Source: an uncultured Gemmatimonadales bacterium
GTDB taxonomy: Bacteria; Gemmatimonadota; Gemmatimonadetes; Gemmatimonadales; GWC2-71-9
Assembly: GCA_963728915.1 (NCBI GenBank)
Contig: CAVSLV010000003.1
Coordinates: forward strand, 128,001 to 192,000
Length of the DNA stretch: 64,000 nucleotides
Direction of reading: 5' to 3'
Below are positions 54,326 to 64,000 of this stretch, piece after piece. Position numbers and translations under genes: made by a program. Below the pieces are notes generated by a model. The model did no database searches, was not told the DNA's origin, and worked only from the letters and a program-made list of their open reading frames with translations. The first letter of the stretch is position 1. Each line of letters begins with the position of its first letter.

Positions 54326-55918
54326 TCATGGCTTTCCGCCGCCCGTGGCGGGGCGCTGCGTCCCGGTGTTGCCGCTGCCCTGAGACATGCCGGGGACCGC
54401 GCCTCCGCCGGTCATCCGAGCGAACCGGTCCTTGGCATCCTGTTGCGATTGCACCAGGCTGGCGCTGGGAAGCACCAGCACCGAATCGCCCTCGGAGAGT
54501 CCGCTCACGACTTCGCTGTAGTCCAGGTCGGTGAGCCCGGTGTGGACGTAGCGCGGGGTCGGCTCTCCCTTGTTCGGCAGGAACACGATGTAATCGCCCC
54601 CGAACTGGAACTCGTTCCCCTGCCGCCGGCCGCTCATTCCACCGCCACCGAACCCGCCCCCGCCCTGGCCGCGACCGCCTCCCTGTCCCCCGCCCATGGC
54701 GCCGGACGCGCGGAGCTTGTTCATCACTTCCTGGTCGGCCGGGGTGAGCTGCTCCTGATTTCGGAACTTCGCGAACACCGCCTCGACCTGCTTGCCGGTC
54801 ACCCCTTCGGGAAGCGGGATCTCGCGCCCGTTCGGCATGGTATAGACGTTCCCCGCGGGTTTGGGCGCCGCCGCGGTCGAGTCCTTCTTCCTGGCCGAAT
54901 CCGCCCCCGTGGTGGCCGCCAGCCGGCTCCGCAGGGAGTCCCGCTGCGCCTGGGCCTGGGCCAGGAGGGTCTGGAGGCGCTCATCGGAGATCCCCATCAC
55001 CTGCGCCGCGCTGCCGACGTCCCGGGTGGTCCGGAGCGCCGCGTTAGGAATCGCCAGCACGTTGTCCCGGCGCCCGATATGAATCTCCACATCGGCATTC
55101 ATGCCCGGCTTGAGCAAGCCGGCCTGGTTCTGAATCCGGATCAGCACCGGGAACATGGTGACGTTCTGCGACGTCTCCGCCTGAGGCTCGATCTTGAGGA
55201 CCTCGCCCTGGAACGGCTGGTTGGGATAGGCGTTGACGGTCACCGTGGTGCGGAGTCCGGGGCTGATCTTGCCGATGTCGGTCTCATCGACCAGGGTGCG
55301 GACCTGCACCAGGTTCAAGTCGGCCATCATGAGCAGGACGGTGCCGCCCCCCACGTCCGAGGTCGGTGAGGAGATCACCTGGCCCCGCTCCACGCTCTTC
55401 TGGATGATCGTGCCGCTGATCGGAGCCAGCACCTCGGTGTCCTCCATGGCGATCTTGGCGTTCTCCAGCGCGACCTCGGCGGACACCACCGCGGCCTTCT
55501 CGTTGGAGACCGCGAGCACCGCGGTCTCGTGCTCTTCCTGGGAGATCGACTGCGATTTGAACAGCTCGTCGGCGCGAGCCCGCTGCGCCTCGGCGTTCAC
55601 CAGCCGCGCCTTGGCGACTTCGAGGTCGGCCTCGGCCTGGTTGAGATGGTTTCGCGGGATCCGCTGGTCCACCCGGACGAGCAGGGTGCCCCGGTCCACG
55701 GTCTGCCCCGTCTCCGCCCGCATGTCGAGGATCTCACCGGAGGCCTTGGACTTCACCTCGACCACGGTGTCGGGCTGCACCACGCCGGTGGCCCGGGCGG
55801 AGACCACGATGGTGCGATGCTCGACCGGCACTGCCTGGTAGAGCACCTGCTTGGGTTTCTCCTTGCAGGCAATGACCGCCAGGCCGATCAGGACAGGAAC
55901 CAATCTGAACTTCCGCAT
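54326..55918 (-). CDS. macA: Efflux periplasmic adaptor (MacA/HlyD-like lipoprotein) with Gly-rich insertion
   Basis: Lipobox VIAC; VEVKSKASG, APISGT, VDETDIG, LKPGMNA and SGLSEGD. Confidence 0.88.
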   Translation of the reverse strand: MRKFRLVPVLIGLAVIACKEKPKQVLYQAVPVEHRTIVVSARATGVVQPDTVVEVKSKASGEILDMRAETGQTVDRGTLLVRVDQRIPRNHLNQAEADLEVAKARLVNAEAQRARADELFKSQSISQEEHETAVLAVSNEKAAVVSAEVALENAKIAMEDTEVLAPISGTIIQKSVERGQVISSPTSDVGGGTVLLMMADLNLVQVRTLVDETDIGKISPGLRTTVTVNAYPNQPFQGEVLKIEPQAETSQNVTMFPVLIRIQNQAGLLKPGMNADVEIHIGRRDNVLAIPNAALRTTRDVGSAAQVMGISDERLQTLLAQAQAQRDSLRSRLAATTGADSARKKDSTAAAPKPAGNVYTMPNGREIPLPEGVTGKQVEAVFAKFRNQEQLTPADQEVMNKLRASGAMGGGQGGGRGQGGGGFGGGGMSGRRQGNEFQFGGDYIVFLPNKGEPTPRYVHTGLTDLDYSEVVSGLSEGDSVLVLPSASLVQSQQDAKDRFARMTGGGAVPGMSQGSGNTGTQRPATGGGKP

Positions 55919-56670
55919 CAGGACCCTCGTGGAGTGGTGACATCGTGCTCGACCCGTCCGTCCCGCAGGTGAACCTGCCGGTGGGCGTGCGCCGCGATGT
56001 CGTGTTCGTGAGTAACGAGGATGATCGTCTGCCCTTCCTTGTGGAGCCGGTCGAACAGGGCCAGGATCTCCTCACTGGTCTTCGAATCGAGATTGCCGGT
56101 GGGCTCGTCGGCCAGGATGATGCTGGGGTGATTCACCAGGGCCCGCGCAATCGCCACCCGCTGGCGCTGTCCTCCCGAAAGCTCGTTCGGGCGGTGGGTC
56201 ATCCGGTCCCCGAGGCCGACCCGCTCCAGCGCTTCGGCGGCCGCCTTGCGGCGATCCTTGGCGCCGACCCCTCCATAGATCATCGGCAGCTCCACATTCT
56301 GGAGCGCGCTGGCCCGGGGCAGCAGGTTGAAGGTCTGGAACACGAACCCGATTTCCTTGTTGCGAATCCGGGCCAGCTCGTCGTCGCCCAGCTCGGAGAC
56401 CCGGTGCCCGTTCAGCCAGTACTCGCCCTCGGTGGGCGAATCGAGGCAGCCGATCAGGTTCATCAGGGTCGACTTGCCCGAGCCGGACGGGCCCATGATC
56501 GCGACGAATTCATTGCGCCGGATCGTGAGGTCCACGCCCCGGAGAGCCCGCACCACCTCGGCTCCCATGTGGTATTCCCGTTTCAGGTTGCGCACGACGA
56601 TGACCGCATCCCGGGGAACATCCGCGGGGAGCAGGGCCATCCGTTCGGCGGTGGTCGAGATCGCGGTCAT
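55918..56670 (-). CDS. ABC transporter ATP-binding protein (MacB/LolD-like)
   Basis: [24 protein letters not shown] and VTH. Confidence 0.95.
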   Translation of the reverse strand: MTAISTTAERMALLPADVPRDAVIVVRNLKREYHMGAEVVRALRGVDLTIRRNEFVAIMGPSGSGKSTLMNLIGCLDSPTEGEYWLNGHRVSELGDDELARIRNKEIGFVFQTFNLLPRASALQNVELPMIYGGVGAKDRRKAAAEALERVGLGDRMTHRPNELSGGQRQRVAIARALVNHPSIILADEPTGNLDSKTSEEILALFDRLHKEGQTIILVTHEHDIAAHAHRQVHLRDGRVEHDVTTPRGS

Positions 56671-58019
56671 AGCGGCCTTCCGATGAGGGCGGAAAGTTCG
56701 GCTCGCGCCCGGACATAGTCGAACCGCGCGGTCACCGCGTCGACTTCGGCCTGATCCAGCGCTTCCTGGGAGGTGAGCACGTCCACGATGGTGGAGGCGC
56801 CGAGGCGGAATCGCTCCTGCTGAACCCGGAGATCCTCACGGCCGGCCTGCACGCTGGTCTGGGTGATGCCGATCCTGAGCCGAGCCGCCTCGAGCGAGGC
56901 CAGCGACGAGGTCACGTCGGAAAGCACCTGGCGGCGGGCCTCGGCCGCGGTGGCGTCGGCGGTTTCGGCCGTGGACACGGCCGAAGCGATCGACTGCTCC
57001 CGCTGGAACCGGTTGAAGATCGGCCAGCTGAGCGCGAGGTTGAGCTGCCGCTGCTGGAGAAAGTTGTAGTCGTTCTGCCGGCTGCCATTCAGCGACAACG
57101 AGGTCGAGAGGCTCAGGGTCGGGAAATAGGCCGCCTTGGCGACCCCGACCGACATGCGGGACGATCGCGCGGAGGCTTCCGCCGCAATCACCGAGGGCGC
57201 CTTGGCGAGGGCCTCGGTACGGATCGCATTGGTGTCCACCGTGCTCATCACCTGATACAGGGTGGTATCGTCGACCGCGCCCATCGGTCCGTCCGCGCCG
57301 ACCAGGCGCCCCAGGTTGGCCTGGGCGACCGAGAGGCTGGTCTGCGCCTCGAGGAGCTGGAGCTGGGCATTCCCGAGGGTCACCAGCGAACGGAGCGAAT
57401 CAGACCGGATACCCCGGCCGGCATGGAGCAGGGCCACCGAAACATTGAGCTGTTCCTGGGCGCGGCGCACGCTGGCCTGTCGCACGCTGAGGAGCTGCTC
57501 CGCGGCCAGCACATCGTAATAGGCGTTGGTCGTGGTCAGCTGCTGGCTGAACTGCGCGTTCACCAGCCCGGCTTCCGCCGCGTTCTCGTTGGCATTCGCC
57601 GCCTTGCGCTCGCTGGTGCGGCGGAACCCGGCGAACAGATCGATACTCGAGCTCACGCTGCTGTTGACGCTGCGGTTGGTGCTGCCACTGGTGACGATCT
57701 GGCCGGTGCTGGGATCGACCCGGGCGCCCTGCGAGTAGAAGTCGCCGATCGAGCCGTTGAGGCTCAAGCTGGGGAGAAACGCGCCCAGCGAGGAGCGCTT
57801 GCGAGCCTCCGCGTTGCGGACCGAGCCGAACGCGGACACGACGCTCGGTTGTACCTGGTTGGCCTTGGCGATCGCCTCGGCGAGCGTGATCCGGGGCACG
57901 CCCGGCGTCGGCGCCGTCCGGGTGCTATCCGGAGTCTGCGCGGCTGCTCGGCCAATCGACCCGCCCAGGCCGAGCGACAGCAGGAGAACGGCCGCGTTAC
58001 GGCCTGGACTGCGGGGCAT
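56667..58019 (-). CDS. tolC: TolC-family outer-membrane efflux channel
   Basis: Signal peptide; two OEP-type repeats (FLPSLSL / YFPTLSL) and ERFRLG.ST..DV. Confidence 0.88.
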   Translation of the reverse strand: MPRSPGRNAAVLLLSLGLGGSIGRAAAQTPDSTRTAPTPGVPRITLAEAIAKANQVQPSVVSAFGSVRNAEARKRSSLGAFLPSLSLNGSIGDFYSQGARVDPSTGQIVTSGSTNRSVNSSVSSSIDLFAGFRRTSERKAANANENAAEAGLVNAQFSQQLTTTNAYYDVLAAEQLLSVRQASVRRAQEQLNVSVALLHAGRGIRSDSLRSLVTLGNAQLQLLEAQTSLSVAQANLGRLVGADGPMGAVDDTTLYQVMSTVDTNAIRTEALAKAPSVIAAEASARSSRMSVGVAKAAYFPTLSLSTSLSLNGSRQNDYNFLQQRQLNLALSWPIFNRFQREQSIASAVSTAETADATAAEARRQVLSDVTSSLASLEAARLRIGITQTSVQAGREDLRVQQERFRLGASTIVDVLTSQEALDQAEVDAVTARFDYVRARAELSALIGRPL

Positions 58020-58410
58020 TGCGATTCCTTTCCGGTCCATTCGCTCTTCGAATGCTGTCCTGGCGCTGGATGATGGCGTTGTACTTCGCCTGCTGCTCCG
58101 CGGTCAGCACCGCAAACAGTTCCTGGCGAACAGTCACCCGTTCCGTTTCCATCTGGGGGAACTGCTGGCGCACCTCCGCCCAGATCGAATCCATGGTCGG
58201 TTGATGCCGGTCCAGGATCGCCTGGATCCGGTCCTTCTGGTCCTGGCTCAAGCCCAGGTCCTGGGAGAGCCGCTCGACGTAGGTCGGGCGGGGACGCCGG
58301 ACCTGGCGGGCCCTGCCCTCGACGAAGCCGGTCAGCGATCCGCCGAGCAGCCCGCCCAGCACGAACGTGGCGACCAGCATCGCGACGGCTCCGAGGCGCG
58401 ACTTGGTCAT
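57997..58410 (-). CDS. Spy/CpxP/ZraP-like periplasmic helical protein
   Basis: N-terminal TM; LGLSQDQKDRI and VLTAEQQAKY (LTxxQ-like motifs). Confidence 0.7.
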   Translation of the reverse strand: MTKSRLGAVAMLVATFVLGGLLGGSLTGFVEGRARQVRRPRPTYVERLSQDLGLSQDQKDRIQAILDRHQPTMDSIWAEVRQQFPQMETERVTVRQELFAVLTAEQQAKYNAIIQRQDSIRRANGPERNRNAPQSRP

Positions 58411-58751
58411 CGGCGTTCCATCAGGGCCGACAGGATCTCGTCGACCTTGGGCGGCTGGGACGAGAGCACGGTATGGGTGGGAAGCGAAGCCACCATGACC
58501 CCGCTGTCCGCGGCGGGGCCCGACGCCAGCCAGCCGCCGAACCAGAGCAGCAGCGCCGCCGCGATAGCCGCCGCCATAACCCGCGGCCGCGCCCAGCCCG
58601 CCAGAATGTCCCACTGGGTTCCCGGTCCGGCGCCCGCCAGGGCGTGACGGAGCCGGCGGAGAAACGCCTCCGGCTCGGGCCCGGTCAGCTCGGCACGGAG
58701 CGCCTGTCCCAGCATCTCATCCTGCTGATTGTCGAATGGCGATTGCGTCAT
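58407..58751 (-). CDS. Putative membrane anti-sigma factor
   Basis: Small single-TM protein coupled (ATGA) directly behind an ECF sigma gene. Confidence 0.65.
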   Translation of the reverse strand: MTQSPFDNQQDEMLGQALRAELTGPEPEAFLRRLRHALAGAGPGTQWDILAGWARPRVMAAAIAAALLLWFGGWLASGPAADSGVMVASLPTHTVLSSQPPKVDEILSALMERR

Positions 58752-59290
58752 TTCATTCCCTCCGCCAAAGTCCCCAGCGCACGGCGCATCGCCCGGCGCG
58801 CGTGAAAGACATAGGATCGGACCGTTCCTTCCGGCACCCCCAGCGCTTCCGCGATCTCGGCATGGCCCCACCCTTCCGCATCGAACAACACCAACGCGAT
58901 CCGCTGCCGCTCGGGCAACGTCGCCAGGCCGGCCCGGAGCTTTTCCCGGAGCAGCGCGGCTTCGGCCCGGCGATCGGGACTCAGACCGCCCGATTCCAGC
59001 GAGTCCACGATCGGCTCGGCCTGTCGCACCCGGCTCCGGCGCCGCGAGTCGAGCGCCGCATTCACCACGATGCGCATGAGCCAGGGGCGGAACGGCCGGG
59101 CGGGGTCATAGCGATCGATGGCCCGCCACGCGGCGAGCACGCCTTCCTGGACCGCGTCATCCGCATCGTCGTCATCGCGGAGGATCGCCCGCGCGGCCCG
59201 CCGCGCTGCCAAGCCGTACCGTTCCACCAATGCTCCAAAGGCGTCCGAATCACCTCGCGCGGCCTTCCGGGCGAGCTCGGCGTCTTCCAC
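58748..59290 (-). CDS. ECF RNA polymerase sigma factor
   Basis: DAELA..A.RGD.DAF..LV, DADDAVQE, FRPWL.RIVVN and EIAEALGVPEGTVRS; GTG start at 59290 inferred. Confidence 0.9.
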   Translation of the reverse strand: MEDAELARKAARGDSDAFGALVERYGLAARRAARAILRDDDDADDAVQEGVLAAWRAIDRYDPARPFRPWLMRIVVNAALDSRRRSRVRQAEPIVDSLESGGLSPDRRAEAALLREKLRAGLATLPERQRIALVLFDAEGWGHAEIAEALGVPEGTVRSYVFHARRAMRRALGTLAEGMK

Positions 59291-59358
59291 GTCCGAAATA
59301 CGCAGGGGACTCTCCAAGCGTTGAAACCGTTGTGGAACCGTAACGTGGCCGGTTGCAG

Positions 59359-60750
59359 TCAGTTGCGTTCCGTCCTCCACGACTCCAGCCAGGAGGACAA
59401 CGAGAGCCACAGGGCCAGGGCACCGAATGCTATCGCCATGGGCTTGGAGGCGACCAGGAATAGGATGCCCAGAACGGCGAGAGCGATGCTGGATTGCAGC
59501 AGAATCGAACGGCGCGCCCCGGCCACCACGACCCACATCGCCGTCACCGCGCGGCGGCGCCGCTCCCGCAACCCGGGATGGTGACGCTCCCGTTCCAGCG
59601 ATTCGGGATGGACCGCCGCCAGCCGGCGACTCTTTCGGCTTCCCGGGGGCCGCAGCAGGATTTCGACGCTCTCTTCGATGTCCCGCCGGTATCTCGCCTC
59701 CATGGCCAGCCCGAGTCTGGGGTCGTCGGTCAGCACGTCGAGCTCGTAATTGGCGAGCAGGCTCGAGAGGTTGAGATTGGTCGAGCCGATCCGCACCCAG
59801 CGGCCGTCGGTGACCAGGGTCTTGGCGTGCAGCATCGGCCCGCGCCATTCGAAGATCCGGACTCCCGCACGCAGCAGGTCGCGATAGCCGATGCGGGTCA
59901 GGTTCTGGAGATGGGTGAGATCGCTGGTCCCCGGCACCAGGAGCCGCACATCGAGGCCGGCCCGGGCCGCATCCATCAAGCCCTGGTAGATCTCGCGCGG
60001 GGCAATCAGATAGGCGTCGGTGATCCAGATCCGGTCCTCCGCTCCGTCGAGCAGAAGCGAGCTGACCCGCGAGGCACGGACGCTGCCCGGCTCGCCCGCC
60101 ATGATGCGCACTTCGGCGTCGCCCAGGACCGGAGCGTCGGAAGCGAGCTCGGAGGAAGGCAGCGACTCGCCGATGGCCGACCAGAGACGGGCGAAGGCCT
60201 GGTCGGCGGCGAGGGCCGCGGGACCGTCAATCGCGCAGGCGGTCTCCCGCCACGGCTGCCGATTCTTGGCCGGGTTTCCGGCCCACTCGTTGCCGATGCA
60301 ATGACCCCCGATGATCGTGGTCGCGCCGTCGATCACCAGGACCTTGCGATGATCCCGGACCAGGTTGCGGCGGATCCGCAGAATATTCGGGGGATTGAAG
60401 AGGCGGACCTCCACACCGGCCTTGCGCAGGCGGCGCCAGATCCGCGGCCTGGTGGTGAAGGAACCCAGCCAATCGGTGACCAGCCGGACGGGGACCCCGG
60501 CGTGGGCCCGCTCGATCAGCGCTTCGACGAACCGGCGCCCGGTTTCGTCGCCGTGGAAGATGTAGCTGTCGAAGTGGATCCATCGCCGCGCCGCGGCGAT
60601 CCGTTCCAGCATCGCGGGGAAGATTTCGGGACCGTCGAACAACAGAGCGACCCGGTTCCCCGGGATGGCGCGGCCACCGGTGGCCCGGTCCAGGGCCCGA
60701 TCCACCACCCCGGGAAGCGGTTCATGGGCCGCTTCGGGAAGCGGGTTCAC
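59359..60750 (-). CDS. cls: Cardiolipin synthase / phospholipase D-family protein
   Basis: GNRVALL.DG; two HKD motifs (HRKVLVID, HAKTLVTD) and GSTNL; GTGA coupling. Confidence 0.88.
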   Translation of the reverse strand: MNPLPEAAHEPLPGVVDRALDRATGGRAIPGNRVALLFDGPEIFPAMLERIAAARRWIHFDSYIFHGDETGRRFVEALIERAHAGVPVRLVTDWLGSFTTRPRIWRRLRKAGVEVRLFNPPNILRIRRNLVRDHRKVLVIDGATTIIGGHCIGNEWAGNPAKNRQPWRETACAIDGPAALAADQAFARLWSAIGESLPSSELASDAPVLGDAEVRIMAGEPGSVRASRVSSLLLDGAEDRIWITDAYLIAPREIYQGLMDAARAGLDVRLLVPGTSDLTHLQNLTRIGYRDLLRAGVRIFEWRGPMLHAKTLVTDGRWVRIGSTNLNLSSLLANYELDVLTDDPRLGLAMEARYRRDIEESVEILLRPPGSRKSRRLAAVHPESLERERHHPGLRERRRRAVTAMWVVVAGARRSILLQSSIALAVLGILFLVASKPMAIAFGALALWLSLSSWLESWRTERN

Positions 60751-61322
60751 ACCGGGCCGAGCCCCAGGATGCGCTCGTGAGGACGGAGCGCCTGGAGCAC
60801 GAAGCCGATCAGCTCGTCGAGGGGGATGCCCAGCTGGTCCGCCCCGGTAGTGACGTCCTCCCGGCTCACCCCGCGGGCGAACCCCTTGTCCTTGAGCTTT
60901 TTCCGGACGCTGGGGACCTCGAGGTCCTGGAGGCTCCTCGACGGCCGCACCAGGGCGCAGGCGACCAGAAACCCGGAAAGCTCGTCGACGCCGAACAGCG
61001 CCCGCGCCAACGGCGTGGTGCGGGGAACCCCGGTGTAGGCGGCGTGCCCGAGGATGGCCTGACACGCATCGTCGGGAAGGCCTCGCGCCGCGAGGATCCC
61101 GACCCCCTCGGTGGGATGCTCCCGGTCGGGCGCCCGGTCCGGGTTAGGGAATCGCTCGTAGTCGAAGTCGTGCACCAGGCCGACCACTCCCCAGAGCTCC
61201 GGATCGCCGCCCAGCCGTTCCGCCATCGCCCGCATGGCGATCTCGACCGCGTACATGTGCTTCCGCAGGGCGTCGGACGCGGTGTACTCGTGCATGAGCG
61301 CGAGGGCCTCGGCGCGGTCCAT
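60747..61322 (-). CDS. HD/HDIG-domain phosphohydrolase
   Basis: LRKH..AVE..M, GLVHDFD, AILGH, DELSG and KKLKDKGFARGV.R. Confidence 0.85.
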   Translation of the reverse strand: MDRAEALALMHEYTASDALRKHMYAVEIAMRAMAERLGGDPELWGVVGLVHDFDYERFPNPDRAPDREHPTEGVGILAARGLPDDACQAILGHAAYTGVPRTTPLARALFGVDELSGFLVACALVRPSRSLQDLEVPSVRKKLKDKGFARGVSREDVTTGADQLGIPLDELIGFVLQALRPHERILGLGPV

Positions 61323-61324
61323 GG

Positions 61325-61738
61325 CTAGTGCTGCACCATCCCTTCGCCGGGCAGCTGCGAAGCCGACAGGGGGACCCGGACCGAATCCCCCCCGTTCATG
61401 GTGATGTCGAACCAGTAGGTGCCCGGATGGGGAAGCGGGACGTCGAACACCAGCACCGCGCCCGCTTCGATCTCGGTGACGCCCGCGGGAGGCTCGCCGA
61501 ACTGCACCGTGCCCTCGCCCCCGAGCAGCTCGTGATCCTCCTGGTCCACGAACCGGATCCGGATCGGGTGCTGGCCGATTTCGGTGCGCTTGCCCCGGAC
61601 CCGGAGCACCAGATGCGTCCGGGGATGCACCGCGGGGAAGGCCCCGACCCAGACGTGCTGGAAGATGCCGAGCACCGACAGCTTGCCATGCTGATCGATG
61701 AGGGCGTAGTCGGCGAGGACGGCGAAATCGACGTGCAT
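61325..61738 (-). CDS. Conserved hypothetical beta-sandwich protein (DUF6941-like)
   Basis: FAVLADYA....GKLSVLGIF and P.PGTY.F motifs; co-oriented in the operon. Confidence 0.7.
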   Translation of the reverse strand: MHVDFAVLADYALIDQHGKLSVLGIFQHVWVGAFPAVHPRTHLVLRVRGKRTEIGQHPIRIRFVDQEDHELLGGEGTVQFGEPPAGVTEIEAGAVLVFDVPLPHPGTYWFDITMNGGDSVRVPLSASQLPGEGMVQH

Positions 61739-61769
61739 TTCAGACGGTCAGAGTGGCTGGGGGCGGCGC

Positions 61770-62216
61770 TCAGGCCACCCTGATCGAAGCAATCTCATCC
61801 CCCTGCCGGACCTTCTGCACCACGTCCATGCCGTTCCGGACCTGGCCGAAGACGGTGTGCTTCTTGTCGAGGTGCGGCTGGGGAGAGTGGCAGATGAAGA
61901 ACTGGCTGCCCCCGGTATCCTTCCCGGCATGCGCCATCGAGAGGGTCCCCGCCTCGTGGCGATGGATGTTCTTGTGGGTCTCGCACTTGATGGTGTACCC
62001 CGGCCCGCCGGTGCCCACCCGCGGGTTAGCGGGATCGCGGGAGAGCGGATCGCCGCCCTGGATCATGAAGTCACCAATGACCCGGTGGAATCGGGTGCCG
62101 TCGTAGAACTTCGCATTGGCCAGCTTCTCGAAATTCGCCACCGTGTCGGGGACTTCGGTGTCGAACAGCTCCGCCGTGATGGTCCCCCGGCTGGTCTCGA
62201 TCGTCGCGGTTTTCAT
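61770..62216 (-). CDS. Cyclophilin-type peptidyl-prolyl isomerase
   Basis: [37 protein letters not shown] and HLD.KHTVFG. Confidence 0.95.
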   Translation of the reverse strand: MKTATIETSRGTITAELFDTEVPDTVANFEKLANAKFYDGTRFHRVIGDFMIQGGDPLSRDPANPRVGTGGPGYTIKCETHKNIHRHEAGTLSMAHAGKDTGGSQFFICHSPQPHLDKKHTVFGQVRNGMDVVQKVRQGDEIASIRVA

Positions 62217-62290
62217 GGCTCCTCAGGACGTTGACTGGGGGACAAGTTAGCCGGTCGGACGGACCCCCCGACAGGGTTATCTTCGCGGCC

Positions 62291-62917
62291 ATGGACGAGC
62301 TGGAATCGGAACGCCATCAGGCCATCCGGGCGCTCTCCGCGGCGGTCACCGCCGAACGTCTTCCGGTCGAGCAGTTCGAATCCCGGCTCGCCCTGGTCCG
62401 CCAGGCCCCCAATCGCGCCACCCTCGACGCCATTGTCGCCGACCTGATCCCGACCGGCGAGTACGATCCGCCGGTCCAGGTCCGGCAGCTCCCCACCTCC
62501 CCCGGACCCGCCGACCCGGTGGCTCCCGCCGAGGTCCTCCGGATCGCCGCCATTCTCAGCACTTCGAAGCGCGCCGGATCGTGGACGGTCCCCTACCGGC
62601 TCGACGTCAAAGTCCTGCTGGGCGACCTCACCATCGACCTGCGCGACGCCGTGTTCTTCGCCGACACGCTGGAGATCGAGCTGGACGTCCTGCTCGGCAA
62701 CCTGGTCCTGATCCTGCCTGCCGGCACTCAGGTCGAGAACGAATCCGAGGAACGCTGGAGCAGCACCACCCATTCCATCCGCTCCACCCTGGGCATCCAG
62801 CCGATCGGTCTCCTGGTCCGGATTACCGGCCGGGTCCGCTGGAGCAACCTCGAGATCAAGGAGAAGCGCCGCGCCGGCGACCCGCCGACCGGGTGGCGGA
62901 AGCTGCTCGGCGGCTGA
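62291..62917 (+). CDS. DUF1707 (SHOCT-like) plus LiaF-like beta-domain protein
   Basis: ER..AI..LS.A....RL...FE.RL N-terminus; KRAGSW.VP and LGDLTIDLRDA. Confidence 0.75.
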   Translation: MDELESERHQAIRALSAAVTAERLPVEQFESRLALVRQAPNRATLDAIVADLIPTGEYDPPVQVRQLPTSPGPADPVAPAEVLRIAAILSTSKRAGSWTVPYRLDVKVLLGDLTIDLRDAVFFADTLEIELDVLLGNLVLILPAGTQVENESEERWSSTTHSIRSTLGIQPIGLLVRITGRVRWSNLEIKEKRRAGDPPTGWRKLLGG

Positions 62918-63584
62918 GCGGTGGCGCGATCGCCGAGGGGCAGAGCGCATTGACCACGCAGGCCTCGCAGCGGGGACGGCGCGCGATGCAGACCCGCCGC
63001 CCGTGCCAGATGAGCAGATGGGACAGCAGGGTCCATTGCTTCCGGGGGAAGAGCTCCATCAGATCTTCCTCGATGCCGAGCGGCTCGGTATTGCGGGTCA
63101 GGCCCAGCAGGCCAGCCAGCCGGGTGACATGGGTGTCCACGGTCACCCCTTCGTTGATCCCGTAGGCATTCCCCAGCACGACGTTCGCGGTCTTCCTTCC
63201 CACGCCGGGCAGCTCCCGGAGCTGGTCCATGTCCCGGGGCACGATCCCACCATGCCGTTCGGTGAGCCCCTGGGCCATGCCGATCAGGCTTCTCGTCTTG
63301 TTCCGGAAGAATCCGGTCGAGCGGATCAGCTCTTCCACTTCGCCGGGGTCGGCCGTCGCGAGGCTCCGCGGGGTGGGAAACCGCCGGAAGAAGGCCGGGG
63401 TGACCAGGTTCACCCGGGCATCGGTGCACTGGGCCGAGAGGATGGTCGCGACCAGCAGCTCGTAGGGAGTCCGGAAATCCAGCTCGCAGTGCGCATCCGG
63501 GTACTCGCGATGGAGCAGCGTGAAGATCCGCCTGGCCCGGCGGGCGCGCTCGGCCGGAGTTTCCTTCGTCTTGCCGCGTTTCAC
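62856..63584 (-). CDS. nth: Endonuclease III
   Basis: LLVATILSAQCTD.RVN, LPGVGRKTAN HhH, VDTH and C.ARRP.C..C.....CP 4Fe-4S motif. Confidence 0.95.
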   Translation of the reverse strand: MKRGKTKETPAERARRARRIFTLLHREYPDAHCELDFRTPYELLVATILSAQCTDARVNLVTPAFFRRFPTPRSLATADPGEVEELIRSTGFFRNKTRSLIGMAQGLTERHGGIVPRDMDQLRELPGVGRKTANVVLGNAYGINEGVTVDTHVTRLAGLLGLTRNTEPLGIEEDLMELFPRKQWTLLSHLLIWHGRRVCIARRPRCEACVVNALCPSAIAPPLSRRAASATRSAGRRRGASP

Positions 63585-64000
63585 GTGCGCCTCGCTCTCG
63601 CGAACTCGAGAAACCCTTCCGCGGTCCGGGTATTCAGCACGTCCTCTCGGGTCAGGCCGGCCTTGCGCGCCATCGCAAGGGCGTTCTCCTGATAGACGAT
63701 GGAATCGACTCCGTGGGCATCGGCGCCGATCGAGATCGACACGCCCAGGGCCCGGGCCCGCCGCACCAGCCGCCAGTCGAGGTCGAGCCGGTGGGGATCG
63801 CCATTGATCTCGAAGCCCACGCCTAGCTCCGCGGCCCGGGCGAACACCCGGTCCAGGTCGAACTTGAAGGGTTCCCGGGCCAGCAGGAGCCGGCCGGTGG
63901 GGTGCCCCATGAGGGTGAGGGCGGGATGCTCCAGCGCCGCGAGCAGCCGGTCGGTCATTTCCGCGGCTTCCATTCCCATCCGGGAGTGGACCGACCCGAT
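63581..64000 (-). CDS. polX: PHP-domain C-terminus, probably DNA polymerase X/PHP (5'-truncated)
   Basis: GSVHS, GHPTGRLL..R, EIN..P.RLDL, ADAH and ARKAGL.REDVLNT. Confidence 0.8.
   Translation of the reverse strand: MGSVHSRMGMEAAEMTDRLLAALEHPALTLMGHPTGRLLLAREPFKFDLDRVFARAAELGVGFEINGDPHRLDLDWRLVRRARALGVSISIGADAHGVDSIVYQENALAMARKAGLTREDVLNTRTAEGFLEFARARRT

Overview
High-GC, densely coding bacterial chromosomal window. I infer Gemmatimonadota from the style of the Ser/Thr kinases, the lipoproteins and the short intergenic repeats; this is not confirmed. About 57 CDS are supportable. I see no rRNA, tRNA, CRISPR array, transposase or prophage. Housekeeping genes include leuS, nth, a PHP-domain (probably PolX) fragment, pncB-pncA, selO, fabH, cls, a cyclophilin and yggX. 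Main highlights: (1) 44958-51092 is a translationally coupled operon encoding an alkyl-DHAP synthase (AGPS) closely resembling the eukaryotic enzyme, a fatty acyl-CoA reductase/DHAP-acyltransferase fusion (FARAT architecture), an SDR reductase and a predicted outer-membrane barrel. Together these look like a complete peroxisome-type ether-lipid initiation pathway. (2) 19271-30434 is a signalling cassette of three paralogous GAF-PAS hybrid histidine kinases, a single-domain response regulator and a HisKA-REC-HAMP-Ser/Thr kinase fusion. It carries a 675-bp identical internal duplication, a REC deletion scar and an apparent ACG start codon. (3) A CGGGTTAGG motif recurs in several reading frames on both strands. 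(4) Dispersed octamer and heptamer tandem repeats, many leaderless-type -10 boxes and a consensus SigW-type ECF promoter. All annotations come from reading motifs by eye; no database search was run.
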